Shown: positions 56,971 through 64,000 of the stretch, one piece after another
Numbering within the stretch: position 1 is the stretch's first letter
Layout: each line of letters begins with the position of its first letter
Virus record (IMG/VR): IMGVR_UViG_3300042880_000288
Coordinates: 32,001-96,000 of that record
Source: a virus
Reading direction: 5' to 3' (one strand)
DNA: 64,000 nucleotides
Translations under genes and position numbers: made by a program
Notes under the pieces: generated by a model
The model's input: the letters and a program-made list of their open reading frames with translations, nothing else
Told to the model about the DNA's origin: nothing
Databases searched by the model: none

Positions 56971-57046
56971 AATATTAAATTTAAAGTTAAGTCAAGTCAT
57001 GTGAGGTTTTTTCTGTAGCAAATATTTTTCAATCACACTATATATA

Positions 57047-57137
57047 TGAGATAAGCTTGCCACAGCTGATAGGGGGTACCACCCTGCAGCCAGCCGGTGG
57101 GGGCCAGCTTATATAGGACCCACCACTAGCTCTTATT
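57047..57137. other. GC-rich structured island at the transcriptional divergence point (candidate genome end, packaging or origin signal)
   Basis: Locally GC-rich; AGGG-GGTACCA-CCCT hairpin, ATAAGCT/AGCTTAT and GGTGGG/CCCACC complementary segments. Confidence 0.45.
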
Positions 57138-57166
57138 TACAACATTTTAAATTCCAAAAAAAATTT

Positions 57167-57174
57167 TATATTTG
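57167..57174 (+). promoter_or_regulatory. Bacteroidota sigma-70-type -7 box (TAnnTTTG)
   Basis: TATATTTG 4 nt before the ATG at 57179; identical boxes at 58265-58272 and 58359-58366. Confidence 0.6.
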
Positions 57175-57178
57175 TCTT

Positions 57179-57622
57179 ATGAAAAAGTATGACATGGGTA
57201 AGTACATACTCTTTGCTGGAGAGAATGCTACTAAGATATTTGACTACTATAAAGTAGATGAAATGCATGGTTTAAACAGAAAGGATGCCCAGGCAGAAGA
57301 AGTAGACAAGACTAAAGGTAATGGGGTTTATATGTATGGGTGGACTAACTATGATCCAGCTGATAAAAAGCTTACTGGTAAGAAGCCATATCTCCCTTTT
57401 CTGTTTATTAACCTAGGTGCATTTAAAAGGTACAGTACTACAGAGAAAGCTACAGCAGTTATGCATGAAACTATGCATATGAGTATTCTCTTGAACAACT
57501 GGAACATCAAAGATAAAGAAGAAGAGGTTATTACTTTTGCTGAAGATGAAGCTAATAAGATTATTGATATACTAGGATTTGAAACAAAAGAACAACCTAA
57601 GAAAGGATTCTTCAAAAAATAA
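57179..57622 (+). CDS. Hypothetical protein with HExxH zincin-like motif
   Basis: VMHETMHM...KEEEVIT. Confidence 0.65.
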   Translation: MKKYDMGKYILFAGENATKIFDYYKVDEMHGLNRKDAQAEEVDKTKGNGVYMYGWTNYDPADKKLTGKKPYLPFLFINLGAFKRYSTTEKATAVMHETMHMSILLNNWNIKDKEEEVITFAEDEANKIIDILGFETKEQPKKGFFKK

Positions 57623-57625
57623 CAT

Positions 57626-58258
57626 ATGGCATATATAGAACATAACTTCTTTCCTCTGAAAGTATTTGTTAGGAATGAGTACATGTATCAACATCAAAAG
57701 GGTCAAGGTGAATTTACACCTGGGGTAGTAATATCTGTTAGATGTATGCCGGGACAGGCTGCATTGTTTCAAGTGCTGTTAGAGAACGGAGTACTTAGGG
57801 ACAAGTTACCCTCCCATGCTCTACTGACAGAACCTGAACTTCCAGATCCAGATTTACCATTTCATTATCTGCAGATATGGAATTGTTTTTCTTATAACTT
57901 TACCTTAATCCATCTATCATATCTTTATGATACTCCCGTACAGGTTTACATGAAGGATAAAAAGTTCTACCCTGGAAAATATTATGCTACAATTAACTGG
58001 GGTTCTAATGATCCTAACACAGATCTATCTCTAGCAGAAGATCCATTGGAGCATAAGTCACATCATATTATTCTTTTAGACAATGGGCAAATAGCTCTGC
58101 AACCTAACAACCGTATTAAATGGTCTGAACCTTCATTTGTAACTAAGCCATTTCCAGAGAAGCCTGATTATCTAGTAAACAAAGACTGGTATAATTGTGA
58201 AGGATTTGAAAAATGGCAGACAGAAGATTCTGATAGAATGTTTTATGATAACGAATAA
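57626..58258 (+). CDS. Hypothetical phage protein
   Basis: 210-aa ORF. Confidence 0.75.
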   Translation: MAYIEHNFFPLKVFVRNEYMYQHQKGQGEFTPGVVISVRCMPGQAALFQVLLENGVLRDKLPSHALLTEPELPDPDLPFHYLQIWNCFSYNFTLIHLSYLYDTPVQVYMKDKKFYPGKYYATINWGSNDPNTDLSLAEDPLEHKSHHIILLDNGQIALQPNNRIKWSEPSFVTKPFPEKPDYLVNKDWYNCEGFEKWQTEDSDRMFYDNE

Positions 58259-58310
58259 TTTTATTATATTTGCATAGTTCATATTATAAGTTTATTTGAT
58301 TAATGCTAGA

Positions 58311-58338
58311 GACCCTGGAAATTTTTCCGGGGTTTTTA
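58311..58338 (+). terminator. Intrinsic terminator
   Basis: GACCCTGGAA-ATTT-TTCCGGGGTT followed by TTT. Confidence 0.65.
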
Positions 58339-58390
58339 GTTTAAACAAAAAAAGTTTTTATATTTGCTATCACTAAGTTTATTATATGAA

Positions 58391-58684
58391 ATGACTGATC
58401 AGCAAAAAAAGTTATGGTTGCATGTTGCAGAAAAAACAGGATCTAACTTAGAAGCTAGAATGGTATATGATGAGCTGATAAAAATACTTGATATGGAAAA
58501 AGATACAGTAATTGTCTCTATCACAGAAACAGACGGAGGATTAGAAGTAAGAGTTAATGAAGGGGCTTATGGTAATGCCCATATCATAGGTATATTAGAA
58601 AGAATTAAATTCACTTTATTAAGTGAAGAACCAGTTAGTATGGAAAAATTGCCAGTGCAAACAGAGCAAAAGTATGATGCGTAA
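58391..58684 (+). CDS. Hypothetical protein (start moved to MTDQ)
   Basis: Downstream of a TATATTTG box. Confidence 0.65.
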   Translation: MTDQQKKLWLHVAEKTGSNLEARMVYDELIKILDMEKDTVIVSITETDGGLEVRVNEGAYGNAHIIGILERIKFTLLSEEPVSMEKLPVQTEQKYDA

Positions 58685-58702
58685 ATTTTAAAAACCAACA
58701 AT

Positions 58703-58999
58703 ATGAGTAAATCATTTAAAAAACTAAGAGGTCGAACAATTTTATTGAGTGTGCCTGAAAGAAAAAAGTCTTCTATTGAACTATCTATTAAAGATGAGGA
58801 AGCATTAATGCAAGAAGCTGCTAAGCTTTGGAGTAAACTTACAGTTTTTGCTATAGGAGATAAAGTAGAAGAAGTAGCCGTAGGTGATCAAGTATATGTA
58901 AGAACTTCTGCTCTTAACATGGAAACTGTAGAAAGAGTAGAGATTGATGGTGAAATCAAGTTAGTTCTTAATGAAGGTGACGTAATTATAGTATGGTAA
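58703..58999 (+). CDS. groES: GroES/Cpn10-like co-chaperonin
   Basis: LRGRTILL..PE...SSIEL; VFAIGDKVEEVAVGDQV; LVLNEGDVI. Confidence 0.7.
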   Translation: MSKSFKKLRGRTILLSVPERKKSSIELSIKDEEALMQEAAKLWSKLTVFAIGDKVEEVAVGDQVYVRTSALNMETVERVEIDGEIKLVLNEGDVIIVW

Positions 59000-59002
59000 G
59001 TT

Positions 59003-59368
59003 ATGAAAAATAATTTATATAAAGCATGTACTCGTAGTGATAAACAATCTCCATATAGAAATATAGCAGATGATATTTATGGAAAGGACACTAACCTTTA
59101 TAAACCATCTTGTCCTACAGCAGAAGAAATAGACTGGAACAAAAGAGTTGTAAACTTAGGTGAAGGACCAAGACCAGATTATTATGGCGGTAAGGATAAT
59201 CCATATGAAGTATTTCAAGTATTAGAAGCTTGGGGACTTGACAAAGACTTTTATCTAGGCAATGTTATAAAATATCTTGCACGATCAGGCAAGAAAAATA
59301 TATTAACACAAAAAGAGGATTTACAAAAAGCTTTAGTATATTTACAAAAAAGAATTGATTCCTTATGA
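59003..59368 (+). CDS. DUF3310 (SaV-like) protein
   Basis: PDYYGG..YEVFQV...FYLGNVIKYLARSGKK..EDLQKALVYL. Confidence 0.85.
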   Translation: MKNNLYKACTRSDKQSPYRNIADDIYGKDTNLYKPSCPTAEEIDWNKRVVNLGEGPRPDYYGGKDNPYEVFQVLEAWGLDKDFYLGNVIKYLARSGKKNILTQKEDLQKALVYLQKRIDSL

Positions 59369-59562
59369 TGATAAAACTTATAGCTTTTGCAATTGGATTA
59401 ATAGTCTTAGGATTTTTATTCTTAGTAAATAATGCTATGAGTAAACCCATATACAACAAAATGTCTAATGTATGGGAAGATGATCCAGAAGGTAGAAAAT
59501 ATGCTAACATAACTATAGTAGCAATGATGTTTATTTCATTTTTTATGGGACTTATGTTTTAA
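59365..59562 (+). CDS. Small two-TM membrane protein
   Basis: Two hydrophobic helices. Confidence 0.6.
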   Translation: MMIKLIAFAIGLIVLGFLFLVNNAMSKPIYNKMSNVWEDDPEGRKYANITIVAMMFISFFMGLMF

Positions 59563-59586
59563 CCCTGCAACTCTCCAAACGAAAAG

Positions 59587-59617
59587 ATCCTCAGAAATTT
59601 ATCTGAGGATTTTTTTT
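59587..59617 (+). terminator. Intrinsic terminator
   Basis: ATCCTCAGA/TCTGAGGAT stem followed by a T run. Confidence 0.75.
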
Positions 59618-59663
59618 ATTCAAATTTTTTTTGTATATTATAGTGTAATTAAAATTTTATATC

Positions 59664-59915
59664 ATGGGAGCTTTACCAGAATTTGAAAATGTAGATAATG
59701 CTAGATCTACGATGCCTGAGTATAAATCAAAACTTACTCAGATGTACCAGTACCTTAACAGGTCGGTAAATAAGTTTTTCTTTGATTGGGGTTACAAACT
59801 TGCACAGACAAGAGTATATGCCAATAATGCTGCTGCTATTACTGCAGGATTAAAAAGAGGAGATTGGTATGTATCAGTATCAGGAACTGACTTAGTAGTA
59901 AAAATTGTTCAATAA
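59664..59915 (+). CDS. Hypothetical (probably virion) protein
   Basis: 83 aa, start of the structural operon. Confidence 0.65.
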   Translation: MGALPEFENVDNARSTMPEYKSKLTQMYQYLNRSVNKFFFDWGYKLAQTRVYANNAAAITAGLKRGDWYVSVSGTDLVVKIVQ

Positions 59916-59930
59916 TTAAAACTAATAGTC

Positions 59931-60287
59931 ATGGCAGATTTAACAAGTGGGTTAACTATAAATAATGCATCCGGTGCAGTGTATAGAACCTCTAGAGTAG
60001 CTTTAAATGATGGAAACATTAAAGCTAAAGAATTAAGTAATTTACTTCAAAAACTAATTAGTGTTGGAATTTATGAATCACTTGAAGAAGCTATTTTAGC
60101 AGAAGTTCCAGCTGGAACATTTGTGGTTATAGATGATCCTAACACTGACATAAGAGAATTTACTGTTGAAATGGTACCTTCTTATGTTATTGAATTAAAA
60201 GAAGATTTCAAAGAACGTGAAGAACTTTTAAAGAGACAAGCTGCAGAAAATGTAGCTAAAATTCAAGAAGATTTAGTTTCTGAATAA
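59931..60287 (+). CDS. Hypothetical (probably virion) protein
   Basis: 118-aa ORF. Confidence 0.65.
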   Translation: MADLTSGLTINNASGAVYRTSRVALNDGNIKAKELSNLLQKLISVGIYESLEEAILAEVPAGTFVVIDDPNTDIREFTVEMVPSYVIELKEDFKEREELLKRQAAENVAKIQEDLVSE

Positions 60288-60299
60288 GTATTAATTTGT

Positions 60300-60324
60300 G
60301 CAGCCCCTAGTGGGCTGTACTTTT
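60300..60324 (+). terminator. Possible intrinsic terminator
   Basis: GCAGCCC-CTAGT-GGGCTGT followed by ACTTTT. Confidence 0.5.
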
Positions 60325-60337
60325 AAAAATTAAAGCT

Positions 60338-61606
60338 ATGTCAAATAGTATAGGTGATTTAAAAAATAGTGGCCTACAAGGTAACAATTGGCCATGGCAA
60401 TATAAAGTCCTACTAGGGCTTGATGGTATTATAAATGCAATTGGAGCCAATGGAACTGAGTATGAAGCTCAGATAATAAAAGCTACTTGTCCAGGACCAA
60501 CTCCTTCATCAGGATATTATCTAGAAATACGTATATATAATACAACTACAGGAACCTTTAATCCACCGGTATATTACTTACCAGGTAGTACAACACCTGT
60601 TAACCTTTCTGCATGTACAAAGGAATATGCAAATGATTCATTAGTACTTACACAGATTTTAACTGAGTTACAAGATCAAGGTCTTACATTAGATGCAATT
60701 GAAACTGCAGTAGAGGGAACTCTTGATATTAGACCATTAACATGTACTGATGTAGTGTCTTTATGTTTTGATAATGCAGGAACTCCTACAACAGTAAGTA
60801 ATACTAATCCATTACCAGTTAATGCAATAGTTACTGTACCAAGTGCATTAGATACAGCTTTGTTTGCATTTGATATTACTTCAGGAGTAAATGAAGCTTT
60901 AACTACAACTGAAACCTCACCTGGAACTCAGGCTTTAGATGTTAATTTAACAACTCGTTTAGATTGTACTACAGATTCAATAGCAATATGTGATGGTACA
61001 GGGAATGCTTTACTTATTGATAGTAATGGTTTTATTGGTTCTAATTTATTTGCTCAAGATGCGACAACTGGTAATCAAGGACCATTAACATTTACAGGTA
61101 CAGGTTTAGCTAATGCATTAGATGTTAATATTACAACTCTTGGTCTAGATATTAGAGCATTAGATTGCGACTCAGATTCTATAAAAATATGTAATGGTAC
61201 TACAGACTTAGGTATTAATCTAGATGGTAGTATTAATACTCAATCCAGTACATTAGATGGTTCTGGTAATGCTATTACAAGTTTACTTAGCGGTTCAAGA
61301 AGAGGTTTAGATGTAAATATTTTAACACCAAATGTTGCTGTTTCAATAGGTAGTCTTGTTGAAACAGGAGTTACAGGAGATTTGTCATCTTTTGGTCAAT
61401 CTATAACTTCAATAGCATTTCAAAATATTGGTACTACTGTAGCTACTATATCTGTTGATGGTGGAGCAAATTTCTTTCCATTAGCTCCAGGAACATCACT
61501 TAATCTAGATCCTAGAATTCCTATGGGTTACTATGATGGTACATCATTCTTTTGGGATGCAACAGCAATTGGTGCATCTTTACTTATTATTTATAACTAT
61601 ATCTAA
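60338..61606 (+). CDS. Putative virion fibre/decoration protein with internal repeats
   Basis: T/G/N/D-rich; repeated LDIRxLxC..DSIxIC.G and LDVN units. Confidence 0.65.
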   Translation: MSNSIGDLKNSGLQGNNWPWQYKVLLGLDGIINAIGANGTEYEAQIIKATCPGPTPSSGYYLEIRIYNTTTGTFNPPVYYLPGSTTPVNLSACTKEYANDSLVLTQILTELQDQGLTLDAIETAVEGTLDIRPLTCTDVVSLCFDNAGTPTTVSNTNPLPVNAIVTVPSALDTALFAFDITSGVNEALTTTETSPGTQALDVNLTTRLDCTTDSIAICDGTGNALLIDSNGFIGSNLFAQDATTGNQGPLTFTGTGLANALDVNITTLGLDIRALDCDSDSIKICNGTTDLGINLDGSINTQSSTLDGSGNAITSLLSGSRRGLDVNILTPNVAVSIGSLVETGVTGDLSSFGQSITSIAFQNIGTTVATISVDGGANFFPLAPGTSLNLDPRIPMGYYDGTSFFWDATAIGASLLIIYNYI

Positions 61607-61617
61607 AATAGTATATT

Positions 61618-64000
61618 ATGTCAATTTATATAAATAGAGATTTGCCAAATGATGAGTACAATGCAGCAGTTGGAGCTAATAATCCTTCAAGTGCAAATGT
61701 ATTTGCTACAATGGCAGATATTGTAGCTGGTACTGGTGATGCAGAAAGATTGATATTTAATGTAAGAATTGATCAAGTTGGTGGTATCAATAAAGGTCAA
61801 GCAGTTTATGTTAGTGGAGCAAATGGTACTAATATACTTGTTACTAAAGCAGATTATACTACTGAAGCAACATCATCTAAAACTTTAGGTCTTCTTGTTG
61901 CTACAGGTGCAAATAATGCATTAGGACAAGTTGTTGCAAATGGTATTTTAAAAGGTACTGGTTCAGCTCCATTAGATACAAGTGCTGCTGTAGCAGGTGA
62001 TCCTGTATGGTTAGGAGATGATGGTAATTTAATTTACGGTCTTATTAATAAACCTTATGCACCAAATCATCTTGTATTTATAGGAATAGTTGTGGAAGCT
62101 AACCCTACTGTAGGTGAGATTTTTGTTAAAGTTCAGAATGGTTTTGAACTTAAAGAGATTCATGATGTAGATCTTATATCAAATCCACCTACTGACGGAG
62201 AGGTTTTAACATATGATAGTAGTTCAGGTTTATGGATAAATGAAGCATTACCAGCTACAATTGGAGAAAACTTAAACATAAATTTAAGTCCTGTTATTGA
62301 TAATACAATTACAGATCCATCTACACTTGCTCCAGATTATGAAGATGCCTACTTAGTACCTATAGGAGCTATTGGAGTATGGGCTGGACAAGATAACAAT
62401 ATTGCAACTTGGGATGGTGAACAATGGTTATTTTATACACCAAGTGCTAGTGATTCAACTACAGTTCTTACTGGTCCAAATGCTGGATATGTATATACTT
62501 TTGATGGAGCAGTTTGGAATATTACCATAACAACATCTCCAGGAGCAACACCTTTTTATATTGCAGGCTCTGGAGTAGATGCTGGGGGTAACAAAACTTC
62601 ACAAATTGCTAGAGTTTCAGGATTAACTTTAGGTTCAAATTCAGGATCTTATGGTTCATCTCCACTTACTGTAAGAGGTACAGGATCTCTAGAGAATGTT
62701 GTATCTAGATGGGGAATGGGAGCAGGAACCGCAACTACCCTTGGTAACTGGTTTAGAATTGCAGGTTTTACTCTTAGTAATAATACTAGCAAAAATTATC
62801 AAATATTAATTAATATTGGAGGAAGAACTCCTAATACCTGGGCCTCTGCAATTTTACATATTAATTTAAGTAAAGTGTCTGGTACGGGACAAGGTGTTTG
62901 TATAGTAGTAAACAACTCTGGACCTGGTTTTAATACAAGTATAGATAATAATTTCAGACTTGATGAATCTAATTTTGAATTTAGAAGATATGCTAATGCT
63001 GCAGGCGGTACTGTTAATTTTAGATTATACTATAAACCAACCGTACTAAACAGTTCTATGTCAGCAACAGTTCTTAATTCAGCTGGTGGAACAACTAGTG
63101 CAATAGGAATACAATGGTTTAATACTTATTTAGGAGCTGTAATTGAAGGTCCTGCTTCAGGAGGTAATACTGCTAATATTGCTACATTTAACTATTCAGG
63201 ACAAAGAACTAATATATCTGCAATTGTAGATCCAACAGTTAATGATGATACAAATCTTCAATATACTATTGGTTCATTATGGTATAATACAGTTACTCAA
63301 AATGTATTTCAATGTTTAGATAATACATTAAATGCAGCAGTATGGAAACAGATTACAAATGATACAGCAGTAACATTGTATAATCAGCAAATACAAAATG
63401 AAGGATCTAATTTAACTCAAAGAAACATTATTAACTTTGTGGGAGCTGGAGTAGATGCTACTGACAATGGTACTAACACTGTTGTGACAGTTCCTGGTGT
63501 TACTACTCAGTCTTTCTTTGATCAGTTTATGGTAAATCAGTATTCTTACTTTTTGCCATCTGATAATTCAGCATTATTTGATACTTTAAGAGCTGGTGGT
63601 ACTTTGACTTCTGTTGGTACAACAAGTTCTCTTACAGAAAATCCAATGGGAGTATTATTTACTACACCCACTGCCATTAGTTCTGTAGCCGCTCTATTTG
63701 GAAATACATTTGGTGGAAGTATTTTAGGAGTAAATTTTCAATTTGAAACATATAGAAGATTTAGAATAAATACGGCCAATCCAGCCCAAAGACTATTTAT
63801 TGGACTATCATCTTTGTACAGTGCTGCTACACCTACTAATATAGATCCTATTTCTCAAATTAATAGTATTGGAGTATGTAAAACATCAACCAATAACAAT
63901 TTATTTTTAATGTGGAATGATGCTACAGGTACAGCATCAAGTTTAGATACTGGATTTACTGGAATCAGTAATGCATTTACATACACTTTGAGAATATTTA
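61618..64000 (+). CDS. Tail-fibre-like protein with DUF2793-like domain (3'-truncated, not in the track)
   Basis: Open frame from ATG 61618 to the window end; AYLVPIGAIGVWAGQDNNIATWDGEQWLFYTP; G/S/T/N-rich beta segments. Confidence 0.8.
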   Translation, partial: MSIYINRDLPNDEYNAAVGANNPSSANVFATMADIVAGTGDAERLIFNVRIDQVGGINKGQAVYVSGANGTNILVTKADYTTEATSSKTLGLLVATGANNALGQVVANGILKGTGSAPLDTSAAVAGDPVWLGDDGNLIYGLINKPYAPNHLVFIGIVVEANPTVGEIFVKVQNGFELKEIHDVDLISNPPTDGEVLTYDSSSGLWINEALPATIGENLNINLSPVIDNTITDPSTLAPDYEDAYLVPIGAIGVWAGQDNNIATWDGEQWLFYTPSASDSTTVLTGPNAGYVYTFDGAVWNITITTSPGATPFYIAGSGVDAGGNKTSQIARVSGLTLGSNSGSYGSSPLTVRGTGSLENVVSRWGMGAGTATTLGNWFRIAGFTLSNNTSKNYQILINIGGRTPNTWASAILHINLSKVSGTGQGVCIVVNNSGPGFNTSIDNNFRLDESNFEFRRYANAAGGTVNFRLYYKPTVLNSSMSATVLNSAGGTTSAIGIQWFNTYLGAVIEGPASGGNTANIATFNYSGQRTNISAIVDPTVNDDTNLQYTIGSLWYNTVTQNVFQCLDNTLNAAVWKQITNDTAVTLYNQQIQNEGSNLTQRNIINFVGAGVDATDNGTNTVVTVPGVTTQSFFDQFMVNQYSYFLPSDNSALFDTLRAGGTLTSVGTTSSLTENPMGVLFTTPTAISSVAALFGNTFGGSILGVNFQFETYRRFRINTANPAQRLFIGLSSLYSAATPTNIDPISQINSIGVCKTSTNNNLFLMWNDATGTASSLDTGFTGISNAFTYTLRIF

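Larger units (their letters stand above)
54767..57009 (-). promoter_or_regulatory. Eight copies of a conserved motif AAACCTCWCAWDACTWD (candidate phage early promoter)
   Basis: Copies at 54767, 55261, 55672, 55948, 56171, 56480, 56735 and 56993 (about 17 bp each); seven lie 16-32 nt upstream of an ATG. Confidence 0.75.

Noticed and set aside
57349-59510. Minus-strand ORFs 57349..57684, 57572..57772 and 59265..59510
   Set aside because: Antisense to supported plus-strand genes

Overview
AT-rich segment of a large dsDNA phage genome with crAss-like organisation. The host is probably a Bacteroidota member, inferred from TAnnTTTG promoter boxes and A/T-rich leaders without Shine-Dalgarno sequences; standard genetic code 11 gives intact ORFs. 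(i) 1-23.2 kb (+): three giant virion cargo/ejection proteins. The 4739-aa one carries a crAss-type two-barrel RNA polymerase (DYDVD), a zincin motif, and SLOG, RecD-like helicase, AlkB and ASCH-like domains. (ii) 23.2-57.0 kb (-): replication and recombination genes (PolB, primase, DnaB, SSB-like, Sak4-like, PD-(D/E)XK exonuclease, Ung), a MoxR-like AAA/vWA pair, a spore-photoproduct-lyase-like radical SAM enzyme, ClpS, an SF2 helicase, an HNH protein, a DUF2828 vWA protein and many small ORFs, ending in single-gene promoter-terminator cassettes. (iii) 57.2-64 kb (+): GroES-like, DUF3310 and virion/tail-fibre genes. Most striking observations: the cargo proteins (about 7,670 aa visible) contain only four cysteines, all at facing termini, suggesting a head-to-tail disulfide chain; three covarying CAGCAC stem elements lie upstream of the DUF2828 gene; a tRNA-like RNA has a 37-nt anticodon insert and a compensatory A19-U56 pair; four perfect 21-bp stop/start repeats bound small-gene cassettes; and an 8-copy early-gene motif is a candidate virion-RNAP promoter. 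All family assignments are motif recognition by eye; no database searches were run.
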